NCBI GenBank assembly: GCA_000934665.2
Contig: JYFJ02004179.1
Coordinates: forward strand, 1-34,159
Reading direction: 5' to 3'
DNA length: 34,159 bases
From: Catajapyx aquilonaris
Taxonomy: Eukaryota
The notes under the pieces were generated by a model. The model was not told where the DNA came from, did no database searches, and saw only the letters and a list, made by a program, of their open reading frames with translations. Position 1 is the stretch's first letter. Each line of letters opens with the position of its first letter. Below, piece by piece: positions 12,101 through 21,785 of this stretch. The position numbers and the translations under genes were made by a program.

Positions 12101-14013
12101 GCTCGTTGTTCTCTTTTGAATCTTCAAGGTTACGCAAGAGGGATGAGATTGCATGTTGGGTGGCAGCCGAGGTCTTCCCACTTTCACGCTCTGCCTTACG
12201 TTTTTGGGCTCGGAGCAAGTCTGTCTGAACATATTCCTGCACCAAGTTCATTCCAATCTGCATGAAGAACTTGCCTAGTGAACTGTCGAAGAAGTTGTCA
12301 CGAGGATACAACAACTTGTTCTTATCTTCTTCCTTGTCGGTCACTTTGTCCTCCTTCTCTTTGTCCTTCTCCTCTTCTGCCTTACTACTTTCGCCCTTAT
12401 CCTGATCATCGCCCTTCCCACTCTTCTCCAATCTGCTACAAAACTCTTTCACACTTTCTTTCGGTGGTTTTTCATAAACGTATGGAACTATGAAACTAGG
12501 TGCCTCAACTACAAACATATCGTCTGAAAGACCCGGGCAGTCCATTGTGCCTGCATGTGACACTGTTACCGACATAGATGTTGCTGTTGGTGACTGGCGC
12601 TGGTTGGCCCCTCCACTGGGTACAGCCATTACAGTCAAGCCAGATCCAGTGTGGATTGGGATGTTGGGTATGCTGAAGACTGACTGTGATGGCAGTGAAG
12701 TTGGTGGTGACGTGGTTGTGGATGTGGTTGACGTTCCATGGCTGACTGGAACTGGGCCTTTTCCAGACAAAATTGAATTGGTATCTATTATAACTAGAGT
12801 AGGCTCTTTGCTGCCTTCTTTATTACCTGCAGCAAGCTCCACCAACGTTTTGGTGTCATTAACAATGATAGTATTCTTCTTTGATGTCTTGTCTGCAGCA
12901 TCCAGGGGATCTTCTAGTGGGTCTGCTAGAGGATCAAGAGGATCTACAGCCTGGACATCAGGATCATCATCTTGCTTTCGGGTCATTGAACGGCGCTTCA
13001 TAGGCTCATTCTTTTCCACACGTTTCTCTTCTATTATATCATCATCACTGTCTTCTTGTTGCTCTCCATTCAGCTTCTCACTACGAGTCTTACGAGGTGT
13101 ACCAGTATTTACAGTGCTGTCCCGTGCACCTCGCTTCCGGGTGCGTACACGCAGCTTCCGCCTTGGTGATCCTTTCACTCTCTCAACATCTTGGGCAGCT
13201 GCTTCTTCATCATTGTCCTCTTTGTCACTGTCTATAAGTGGAATAGGTTCTAGATCATCACCCCCAGCACCACTGTCAGATTCTGCATCTTCATCTGGAA
13301 CTACCCCTGAGTCACGCATAGTCTCTCCACTTAACCTGGCCAAAGCCAATCTGACAGCCTGACTATCTTCAGATAGCTGGCTACCAGTTCCGTTGCTCGT
13401 TTGCTCTTGTTCTCCACCACTGTCAGAACTGATGATGTCAGGATCATCCCCATTATCTCTTCCTTCATCTGCTCCATGATCGTCTTCTTCATCCTCATCT
13501 TTCACTTCCTCAACTTCATTGTCTGAGTTCTCCTGTTCACCATCATCACCACTTGATATAATTACATTCCCATCATCATCATCGTGATTATACTTCTTAT
13601 CACTATCCTGCTTAACCGTCTGTTCACCTTCCCCGCTGCCAGCTGAAACACCATTACTACCCGCATCTGGACTAGAGTCCAACTCACAATCACTATCGTC
13701 AGATTTGGTTAGCGGGGAACCTAACCGTGCACGCTTGGTACCATTGGTCTCGACTTCCTCGGCTTCATCTTCACTATCTAGGCTACGCTTTCGTGTCCCG
13801 GATGTCCCATCAACAGGGTCACCATCCGAGGAGCTGATCATCTCGCCATTCAATTGTGGCTCACCTGCAATGGAGCAAGATTACTGTTAGGTTTTTTCTG
13901 TTTCTTTGGTGCACATAATTAATTTTACACATACCTGGTTCACTTATAGAAACGTCATCTACTGATATTTCAACAGCTGGTTCGAGCCCTGCAACTCTGG
14001 TCGGTGCAGCCAT
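6107..14013 (-). CDS. MEP-1: MEP-1 orthologue (MOG-interacting and ectopic P-granules protein 1-like C2H2 zinc-finger protein, Mi-2/NuRD partner); spliced CDS complement(join 14013-13935, 13864-11489, 11408-11332, 10969-10799, 10688-10482, 7828-7601, 7541-7137, 6181-6107), 3618 nt / 1205 aa if the last exon is real
   Basis: The translation has blocks I recognise from insect MEP-1: DDMFVVEAPSFIVPYVYEKPP, GKFFMQIGMNLVQEYVQTDLL, PSISITPLPRQ, FVICEICDGYIK|DLEQLRNHMQWIHKVKIHPKMIYNRPPLNCQKCQFRFFTDQGLERHLLGSHG, LLKPLKINDEITIIPQP. All introns are GT-AG and the phases join without stops. It has seven zinc fingers, an AT-hook (RPRGRPP, 11577-11597) and a long acidic N-terminus. The 3' end is uncertain. 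Confidence 0.93.
6300..6555 (-). mobile_element. Degenerate tRNA-derived SINE with a V-domain-like core; 3' boundary approximate
   Basis: The minus strand has an A-box-like tggtgttagtgg and a decayed B-box (gaggtcctaagttcaat), then ttctccatgtttgcatgggtttttctgggttctcctgttttctcccaca, which resembles the V-SINE conserved domain (from recall). Confidence 0.55.
6615..6872 (+). mobile_element. tRNA-derived SINE, full length (family S, copy 1)
   Basis: 15-bp TSD aacataccacatctc (6600-6614, 6873-6887). A box tggtgtggtgg, anticodon-like arm ccga-ctgctaa-tcgg, B box gagttcgaattcc. The central ggttttc...caggataattccggga...ggcc..agccgcttccttcc block resembles Talua/Lm1-type insect SINE cores (from recall). 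A-rich tail. Confidence 0.92.
7137..7541 (-). CDS. MEP-1: MEP-1 exon (VYQWKLLNH...CTVC...HVYSAH...INDEITIIPQP...KKFMCQ); if unspliced it reads through to a stop at 7083
   Basis: Acceptor ttgttgcag| after a 59-nt intron; candidate phase-0 donor CAG|gttagt at 7136. Confidence 0.9.
7601..7828 (-). CDS. MEP-1: MEP-1 exon (DLEQLRNH...GRCPVCGK): second half of finger 4, finger 5, start of finger 6
   Basis: Acceptor tatttttcacag|, donor AAG|gtaaga; 228 nt of highly conserved MEP-1 sequence. Confidence 0.95.
7992..8733. mobile_element. MITE family B, copy 2 (older, in MEP-1 intron)
   Basis: Shares gatctggtggctataccg, aaaggctat.gaaaaggcacattttcc, tgcaacagaact..catattctcacagcc and the ggtaata.cg|ta end with 5254-5833. 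Confidence 0.8.
8853..8964. mobile_element. About 110-bp palindromic MITE (family C, copy 1)
   Basis: atgtgtggaattttcgacccactgctag... / ...ctagcagtgggatgaaaattccacccat; second copy at about 20394-20502. Confidence 0.8.
9034..9427. mobile_element. Long imperfect-palindrome MITE, Tc1/mariner-like ends
   Basis: aattcacttgccaaaatgatac...tatggaa...ccgaaagg is mirrored by cctttcgg...ttccata...gtatcattttggcaaatgaatt; inner pair catgcctgcagtgct / agcaatgcaggcatg. Confidence 0.8.
9534..10081 (+). mobile_element. Internally deleted Tc1/mariner-superfamily transposon with a transposase remnant
   Basis: TIRs cagggtgtccacaatgaacatccctagtttcaa / ttgaaactaaggaggttcattattgacaccctg|TA. ORF 9659-9961 has ASTDGKPQVVWWLAEL (N-terminus-like) and ends SITPNILERV...LNIVLATKGAQVEDY*, resembling the ITPDMLxRVW..DVCRATNGAHIE C-terminus of these transposases. 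Confidence 0.8.
10482..10688 (-). CDS. MEP-1: MEP-1 exon (SASSRTTTPKAPQQPSISITPLPRQ...FVICEICDGYIK), first half of zinc finger 4
   Basis: Acceptor ccttccag| at 10689 with an upstream ctaaat branch-like motif, donor AAG|gtaagt; 207 nt, phase 0/0. Confidence 0.9.
10799..10969 (-). CDS. MEP-1: MEP-1 exon (VVNSQGHMVPVM...ASSITIQ)
   Basis: Acceptor aaacttgtag|, donor CAA|gtgaga; 171 nt, phase 0/0, open. Confidence 0.88.
11332..11408 (-). CDS. MEP-1: MEP-1 exon (GMIYRPSGSQVYVPSSFSFTNNPIYQ)
   Basis: Acceptor ttttttctctccgcag|, donor CAG|gtacgt; 77 nt, phase 1 to phase 0, fits both neighbours. Confidence 0.88.
11489..13864 (-). CDS. MEP-1: MEP-1 large exon: acidic disordered N-terminus, conserved central block, zinc fingers 1-3, AT-hook
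   Basis: 792-aa ORF. Acceptor ccattgcag| at 13865, donor CCAG|gtcagt at 11488. Fingers are CEFC..HLETPH, CNFC..HMEAEH and CANC..HILSC. Confidence 0.95.
13935..14013 (-). CDS. MEP-1: MEP-1 first coding exon (MAAPTRVAGLEPAVEISVDDVSISEP-G); the exon starts at 14022 with 9 nt before the ATG
   Basis: Acceptor ttttcctctcacttcag at 14023+, ATG at 14013-14011, phase-1 donor CCAG|gtatgt at 13934. The 70-nt intron joins in frame to the large exon. Confidence 0.75.
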
Positions 14014-14160
14014 GTGGTGCACCTGAAGTGAGAGGAAAATTATAACTCATTATGCCTTATCCCTCCACCGACACAGGTATAACTTCCTACAAATATATTT
14101 GCTCTTTCAACTTCAAAATTTCAATCCCAAGTAACAACTTTAATGTGTATGGTACTGGAG

Positions 14161-14485
14161 CAAGGGAGGCAAAGTCGCGCTGCTGTAATGTATGCGCCCA
14201 CGGATGTTAAGGTCCCAGGTTCGATCTCAGACTGGAGTTCCCCCCTTCATCTCGTGCAGAGTTGGGCCATCTCTCCGGTGGAATTTCCATAAACTAATCC
14301 ACCCGGGGGAGTTACAAAATGACCACACCAACGACATTGCACTGCACTTTGCACATCCCCTCCTGTCATCCTGCCTGTGGGCCCGGGCGTTACGTAAAAA
14401 AGGTTCCAATAAATGTGCAGGACATAATAAAGGTCCGTGCTATACACCTTCGATGAGGTCAAGCACTACCCGGATTATATTATTA
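14161..14485 (+). mobile_element. Putative tRNA-derived SINE (different family)
   Basis: 13-bp direct repeat tatggtactggag at 14148-14160 and 14486-14498; B-box-like aggtcccaggttcgatctc at about 14210-14228; ends in attatattatta. Confidence 0.65.
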
Positions 14486-14790
14486 TATGGTACTGGAGGG
14501 GAAAGGAGCAGCATAATAAGGAGCAGCATAATAAGGAGCACCCTACATCACAGTAAGACGTCCTGTATTCACATTGGTTCTCCCATTTTTCCTCCCACTG
14601 TCCAAAAAAAAACTCTCTTCCTCTCTCACCCTCCCCCTACTCAAGATAGCCAATGTAGTTGCTTTGACTCCCTCTATGAACCTAATCAAACTAAACCAAG
14701 TATAAAAATATTTCTCCTACTCGAATACCCACCTCAAGGTGTAAACCAGATAGCTGTTGTATTACCAGAAATCCTAGAACCATATCATTA

Positions 14791-15129
14791 AAGGTTGAGA
14801 ATCCTTTATCCGAAATGATTGGACAAGAAATGTTTTGGATTTCGGATTTTTTTCAAGATTTTGGAACATTTGCATCTATAAAACGGGACATCTTTGAGAT
14901 GATATAACTGTCTGAACATGATATCCATATACATTTTTTAGGAGAGGCTATACATTAATCCTGGAGAAGTGGAGATAGTTTTACACCAATTTTTCATGAT
15001 TTTGCATACTGACAGATACAGGTAATGATGTTAGTCATGTTAAACTTCATTGGAACTTTCCATTTGTGGTGTGCCATGTATGCACTCAAAAAACTTTCGG
15101 ATTTTGCAATTTCAGATATTCTCAACCTG
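14791..15129. mobile_element. Tigger-type MITE resembling Tigger4/MER46 (Zombi)
   Basis: TA|aaggttgagaatcctttatccgaaat ... atattctcaacctg|TA with repeated ttcggattt subterminal motifs; resemblance to Tigger4/MER46 is from memory. Confidence 0.75.
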
Positions 15130-15351
15130 TACCAGGTTTTACTTGTATTTTCAAGGTGGTAGCCCCTAAGTCAGATGGTAGTATGCCTTTTCAACAATGC
15201 ATTTTTCAAACTTGTTCCTGTTACATTATAAGTAATCTTACAGGAACTCTATGAGAGTGTCTAATAGTACTGATGTGATCAAGACGTATAAAAATTGCCA
15301 ATAGTGGGGCTCAAAACCGCCCTCAAAACCCTTCGAAATGGACCTTCCTTA

Positions 15352-15727
15352 TGGGTCTGTCAGACAGGTGTTCCGCTCGCTTCGCGCGCATGGGTCACAC
15401 TGGTGAGCGTTGCACTTAGCTGTGCCCTGAAGGCCTCATTGGTCGAGGAAATTGGGGGGGGGGGGGGGGGGNCAGCGAGACAAGAGCCCCTCGCTGCGTT
15501 AACCTCCAGTGGCACGTCGGACGCTGATTGGTCAAGACCTCTTCCCACCCCAACCACCCCTCCACCTCACGACCCCCCTCGCCCTGACTGCCCCCGTCCT
15601 GCTGACTGGAATTTGCCTGTTCCTCCTGTGGGCTGCGCTCAGTTGCGAGCGTCTGTCCGACAAATTTTGGATGCAGCGATCGCAGCGAAATTTTCAGAGC
15701 TAACGGAACGCCTGTCTGACAAACCCA
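15352..15727. mobile_element. PIF/Harbinger-type MITE
   Basis: TTA at 15349-15351 and 15728-15730; TIR tgggtctgtcagacaggtgttccg / cggaacgcctgtctgacaaaccca. Confidence 0.8.
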
Positions 15728-16315
15728 TTAGACTGCCTCTGCCGTTCACCAGATTTTCAGAAAAACACATGCAGGGGTCAGAATGCAGCCAGGGAAAACA
15801 TCAGCTTGCCTAAAATTATATCTAGGAAAGGGCATTTGAATAATATGGAGCGACACCCCTACACTGCGACGAAAATTATTACTATTATTCAGAACGGATG
15901 ATGACAACGTGGATGCGAACAAGCTCCAGTGATGAAAAGGAACGAACGGACCATGCCTACTTGATTTGAATTGGTGGTTTGGGAGTCTTGGTCCGCCTAT
16001 TCCGCCACCAGATTCAATGTGTCACTTGTTGATTCAAGTAACTAAAGGAAAGGGCCTAAAGCACCCCACCTAAAGCGATGTGGCACCCCACCTAACTACT
16101 GCCGTCTAGGGTCACGGGGGTCTGAGGGGAAAACCTCTTATGAAAAAACTGGAGATGCAGTGGGGTGTCTTTCTCAGACACCCCCCAGCCCAGCCCAGCC
16201 ATCATCACAGGCAGCCAATAAGATGTGTGCAACATATTCATTGACTTCTTTCAGATTACACCTCCACTTATTATTAATTAGATCACGGTACTCACAGTAC
16301 GGTAGGGTACTTAGA

Positions 16316-16625
16316 GAGTCTCCGCCGCAGCTGACTTGGCACTACAGGCACTTCAGCGGGGATCCAGACTCACTCTGGTGGGGGTGGCAGGAAACCTAAA
16401 CAAGACCAAGGGCGCTGGGTTTCCTCCCCCCCTCGGGAGGAAACCCAGCGCCCTTGGTCTTGTTTAGGTTTCCTACCCACCCCGAGAGAGCTTTGTAGTG
16501 GTTTGGGTTTGGTTTTTGTTTGGTTTGGATTGGATTGGTACAGAAGGCGACAAGGCATCCGTCAGAGTGAGTCTGGGTCCCAGCTGGAGCGCCAGAAGTG
16601 CCAAATTTCAGGCTGGTGGAGACTC
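16316..16625. mobile_element. Foldback/MITE-like element: about 60-bp imperfect outer inverted repeats around a perfect 40-bp inner inverted repeat
   Basis: Outer gagtctccgcc...ccagactcactctg / cagagtgagtctgg...ggtggagactc; inner arms 16389-16428 and 16435-16474 are exact reverse complements. Confidence 0.75.
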
Positions 16626-17157
16626 CCACCAGGGCTAAGCTGGGAGTTGCGGGGGGCTGCACCAGGCCATCCACGAGGCAGATCATCAGGTTTTCGACCC
16701 AAGTGGGACCCACCCTGGATGCCAAAGGTCTTGGAAAGGCAGGCGAGGCTTAGACAGGGAGGGCAGAGGGAGAGAGCGCCGCGGAGCAACCTGTACATGT
16801 GGTCGAGTGCTGTCCAAACAGTATATTTGTATTTCAATTCAGACTTTACTTAATTCTGAATTACTTACAAACTGACGAATGGATTTGAATTAATTGCTAA
16901 TACATTCCCTTAAACTTGCAGAATTGTTGCCAATTGGGAATTGACTTGACCTGTTGAATTAATTGAATTCAGAACTGACTTATGGAATTGATCACAACAA
17001 TGATACGGTAAAATCTTTAATTGTGCAACCTGGTCTACAGCTAACAGATAACTGGCAAAAGTTTATCATTGTATTATGTCTGCAATAGTTAATCAGCATT
17101 ATTGATGGGCCTAATGAGACACTTTCTAATGTCTCAAATACAAAAATTTGCAATATA

Positions 17158-17642
17158 CAGGGTGATCCAAGTTCATGGATGTTTTTATTATCACTAATAT
17201 CACCTGAAGTACAGCAGTTATTTTTTGGTACTTGTTGCACCACGATCCAGATGCCCCATTATTTCTGGGTGGTTGAAATGTTGAAGTTGTTATAGAATAG
17301 GGCACCTCGCACCTGGATCAGGGCACAACAAGCTACGCTAAACATAGAGCAAAATTACCTGCCAAGTTCTGTGGTATGGAAGGAATCAGTTCATTTCAAA
17401 ACGAATCACACCCATCCTCTGTGCCCAATGGATACTCCCATACTAATTCCGAGCCTACCAAAGACTAGTGCTTCGGGGTATCACCTGTCCAAGTTAATTA
17501 TTGTGCATTGGATTTTTACTTTGTTTCAGATTTCCATACACTTCAGATCCATTTAGGTATTTGACTCAACTTTTCTGATTTGGCTAGAACTTATAGATGC
17601 AAATTATTTTTGACAGCTTAATCCCTGTTTTAGATCACCCTG
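17158..17642. mobile_element. Decayed Tc1/mariner-type non-autonomous element
   Basis: TA|cagggtgatccaa ... ttagatcaccctg|TG. Confidence 0.6.
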
Positions 17643-17786
17643 TGTTACCAGGTATTACATAGTGTGACTTGGGACCCATACTTTCCGAAGTGGATCATGA
17701 AAAAGGCATTTGAAAAAATCTTATGAAACTAGATAATTATGATGGGTTGAAATACCTGAATTATTGGGATGTAATACAATCTAAGT

Positions 17787-17992
17787 CAGTGGTTTCCAAC
17801 CTTTTACCAACGTCGACCCCCTAAACATGTTTCCGTAAATGTGCGACCCCCCCCCCTCCTCCCCCGGCCCCCTCTACAACTGCCCCCTTTCCAAAAAACA
17901 TACATGCTGTACAGCCGCAAAAATGGTTCATTTGACACAGAAATTAAAAAAAAAAAAAAAAAAAACAGTTGAACCAAGGCTCACGACCCTGG
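17787..17992 (+). mobile_element. hAT (Charlie-like) element 5' end, truncated
   Basis: Starts cagtggtttccaacctttt, with repeated cgaccc subterminal motifs; no matching right TIR seen. Confidence 0.5.
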
Positions 17993-19076
17993 TAATTTTC
18001 CCCCGGTAATAATGTGTTTCCATAAGGTTTTTTGCCACTGATTCCAAATCTGTATTGTGCTGTCAGGCACAGTTTTTGAGATATATAGTTTTAAAGTTTA
18101 GAACAGTTTACTAGGGGTCATTCCGAATCAAGATGGCCAAAATGTTGCTAGACCATCTCGGATTTTTGTGAAAAAATTACAGCCATGTTGCACAATACCG
18201 TGGGGAGGAAAAAATAGCGAAATTATGGGAAATGGCTGAGAATGAGGTCTGTTTTGGATGATTTTTTTCATCTAGTAGAAGTGGTCAAAACACAACAAAC
18301 ACTTTGTTCTAAAGTACACTGGGAAGTATCGTATGCATTACAACCCCATGCATTCAAGAGGGAGTTATTGCCAATGCCATCAGTAATGATAAGAGTTGGC
18401 ATATTGTTATATTGATCAACTGCTAATGGTAAAATAATTAAATTGATTAATTCCATACATATATGGAGTCGTGTTCCTCCCTGTGATATAAACAGGAATG
18501 CCAAGTAAATTGATTGATTGGTTGAACATGACAACTCTACTTTCTGCTATAAACTTTAAAATATCCATGTTACATGTATAGCAACTAACTGCCAAAGATT
18601 TACACAGAAAAACATGACATATGCACCCGTCACTCAAGCTTTCATTTGAGTGGCGCCAGTTAATCTCATTGAATGTGGACCATTTGCACTGCAGCTAAAG
18701 GAACAGTACATTCTTGGCAGCCCTCTTCTCATATGCATTTGGTGAGGTTGCACAAAAATTATTTATTTGACCTTCTTGTGACACATGTGTGGCTCCAAGT
18801 TCAATGTGCAATCCATCCTGTGTGGCATTAGTTGGAATATCAGGAACCCATTCAAGAGCGTGATAAACCAATGCATGAATAACTTAGTCTTATTCAGTGC
18901 TTCATGCACCTTCAAGTTCGGAAGTAATTAAGGGTGTGGAAGCGAGAAAAATGATGGTGCAAGAGATGTGCAAAATGAGCGGAAACAGTATGGTACCGGT
19001 ACCAGAAAGAATACTTCATGATTCTTTAGACAGAAAAATGTAAATTTCACAATTTTCAGCACAATTCTGCACTATA

Positions 19077-19718
19077 CAGGGTGTAAATGAATTCAACTCA
19101 CAAACATGTAGGGGTAATAGAGGGGACCAAGACAAACATAATTATTTCACATAGGAACCCGTGTCGAGAAACTCCATCTAGAGGGGGTTAGTAGATGAGG
19201 AACAGGTGCGCTAAGACTATTGAGTTACTAGGTGCCACATGGATAGTAAACAACGGTGTGATGCACAGTAACCAGGCAACAACAGAGCCACCTAGCAACT
19301 AAAGCCCGCTTGCAGGTAGCGCGCGGATTGTAAACAACAACTCGAATGTTATTGCGCATCGCACCGTTGTGTACAGTGTTGGTCATATACCGAGGCAACC
19401 GCCAGCGACATTTTTCCGAAGCGGCAGAAGAAGGAATCAAAGATAAGCATACTACAAGCCGGGCGAACAAGATTCCTTCTTCTGCCGCTTCGGAAAAATG
19501 TCGCTGGCGGTTGCCTCGATATATGCCCAACACTGTACTATCCATGCGGCACCTACTAACTCAACAGTCCACGCACCTAGTGCCTGACGCATCTGAGCGC
19601 ACCCATTCCTTGTCTATTAACCCCCCTCTAGATGGAGTTCGGGTTCCTATGTGAAATGTTTGTCTTGGTCCCCTCTATTACCCTTACACGTTTGTCGGTT
19701 GAATTCATTTACACCCTG
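19077..19718. mobile_element. Tc1/mariner-type MITE with about 170-bp TIRs, containing a nested family A MITE
   Basis: TA|cagggtgtaaatgaattcaac...taatagaggggaccaagacaaacat...aactccatctagagggggtta is mirrored at 19535-19718 ending atttacaccctg|TA. Confidence 0.9.
19374..19534. mobile_element. Short palindromic MITE (family A, copy 2, near-perfect arms)
   Basis: TA|cagtgttgg.catata.cgaggcaaccgccagcgacatttttccgaagcggcagaagaaggaatc and its reverse complement ending ccaacactg|TA. Confidence 0.9.
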
Positions 19719-20009
19719 TATACAGCTTGCTGACAAACCAGAAAATGATAATTTCACATTTTCTCTTTTCTCTTCTCTGCCAGAGAAAAAAAAACCGTAG
19801 ACTACACATTGCCAGCCAGTTCTAAGTTTCATAAAATTACAGCTGGCTCGTACAAAGTTTATAGTTTTGCTCTAGGTTGTACGTTCCTGTACGACAATTC
19901 ATCTAATTGCACTTGGAAAACTGTTACGGTCTGAGCGTTACATAATATCTTTTGCTGCCTTAAAAACAAATCATTATGAACAGGCACCCTCTCATTTATT
20001 CCTCAATTA

Positions 20010-20578
20010 AGGCCCGTTTACACGATCACTTTACCCACATTCGTACCGGTTCGGACCTACACAATTTTCCTAACATTACCCTCCACACGACCACTTGGCT
20101 AACGTTTCTTATGGATGTGGGCCGTTAGTAGCCAAGCTGCTAGGCTATTAGTAGCGGTTAGTAGCCAAGCTGATTGCAGATGGCTATGTTGATGAAAAGG
20201 TGTCTGTGCTGCAGTGCCGCATATTCACGGGCTTTGACACCTCCTGGCTCTCCACTGTCGTACTAGGCAAGACGGAGGTGGTGGGTACGATATATTCGCA
20301 AATAGGCGGGAGTTTCGCAAACTCCGCAAGGGGACGGGTGGCAACCATGCTGCCATCTAGTTTACGTTCCAGCCATTCCTACTTTACGGTACTGTTGAAT
20401 TTTCGTCCCACTGCTAGTTACTGCTAACCTAGCAGTACCAGTGTTAGCAATGGTACTGAAAAGTTAGCAGTAATAGCAGTGCGACGAAAATTCGACCCCA
20501 TTGGTTCTGTTAATTCCAAAAGTACGAAACGTAGTCCGTTCCTACTTCTGTTACGACCGTCATCGTGTAAACAGGCCT
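20010..20578. mobile_element. PIF/Harbinger-type MITE, containing family C copy 2 (about 20394-20502)
   Basis: TTA at 20007-20009 and 20579-20581; TIR aggcccgtttacacgat / atcgtgtaaacaggcct. Confidence 0.8.
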
Positions 20579-20909
20579 TTATGCAATATCAACAGCATGT
20601 CCAATGAGAGAGATATTCCTAAATTTATCTGTCAATAACTATAGCACACCAAATAAGGGGTGATTTTATTTTGTTCAGGGTATCGAGATTCATTCATTCA
20701 TTCCTCCACCTGTCACTTGTGAGTGGTAAATCAGTAAAATTTAATAATTCATATTTTTGAGTTGGAAGTAATTTACAGCAAGAGGTGTGTGAGGGTGGGA
20801 ATAAACAAAGAAAATGGTCCCACTAAAACTTGATCAATGTGCCAGATGGCAAGACCCCCCCCCCCCCCAACTGCCAATGTTGCCAGGTACATACATTACC
20901 TCCAGTCCT

Positions 20910-21180
20910 AGGGAAGGGGGGGAGGGGGGAGTAGCTGGGAGATGGAGAGAGGGGAGGGAGCAAGGGAGGGAGGGAGTGTGGAGTTGGGGAGGGGGCTGGG
21001 GGCTTGGGAGGGGATGGCGGGGTAGCAGCGTTGGGAGGGAGGGAGGAAGGGAGGGAGGAAGGGATGGGGGAGTTGGGGGAGGATGAAAAAGGGGGAGAGG
21101 GAGGGGAGGGAGTGGGGGCACATTTTCCAGGCTTGGGAAAGGGAGAGGCAGGCGGAGAGAGGGAGGGAGTTAAGGGGAAT
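20910..21180. repeat. G-rich polypurine low-complexity tract
   Basis: About 270 bp dominated by GGG/GGGA runs on the + strand. Confidence 0.85.
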
Positions 21181-21785
21181 ATGACCAGTACTGGGGAGGT
21201 ATGGTTAAGCTAAAGCCTGACAATATGATTTAATATTGACATCTCATGTGTCGAAAATCTTATGAGTGCTGGTGAAAGATTCAAATTTCCCACCAAAACC
21301 AAGATATCCAAACACACGAACAGCTATACAAAAACTGAATGTGTAATGACAAAAACACGGCATTTTAAGTTTTATAAATGCCAGAAATTGAAATATAGTT
21401 GTGGTCATTCCCTCTGGTCAGCAACATGGTCACTTATGTTGACCACTCCAGGTGGAGCCATCGCCAGGATGTATTGAATTTGGCATTGTCTATGGCTCAA
21501 AGAAACAAATGGTTTCTGAAAGATTTGTTTCTTTGATATATGTATGTTTCAGAAACCTTTCATTTGTAGCATGCAACTTAATATCACGGCTAGTAGTAGA
21601 GCAGTGAGTCACATTTCCAAAAAGTCATGCAACTTTTCCCAGTGTGACTCACCTCAATCATTACTTGTGTTATTATTTGGCTTTAATTGCTGCTCTTGCA
21701 ATATAGCGCTTTGACAGCTTACATGCAACTCTCAATATTAACATTGTCAATGTCTTAACTGCCATGGGATCTAACAGAAAAGCAG

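Noticed and set aside
12490..13362. 290-aa + strand ORF
   Set aside because: Antisense shadow of the acidic MEP-1 exon (Ser-rich mirror of Asp/Glu codons).
14192..14791. 199-aa ORF
   Set aside because: Overlaps a SINE-like insertion and a short tandem duplication; no protein features.
15295..15813. 172-aa ORF
   Set aside because: GC-rich Harbinger-type MITE with a poly-G run containing an N; no domain.
20814..21213. Pro/Gly-rich ORFs
   Set aside because: Products of the G-rich low-complexity tract.
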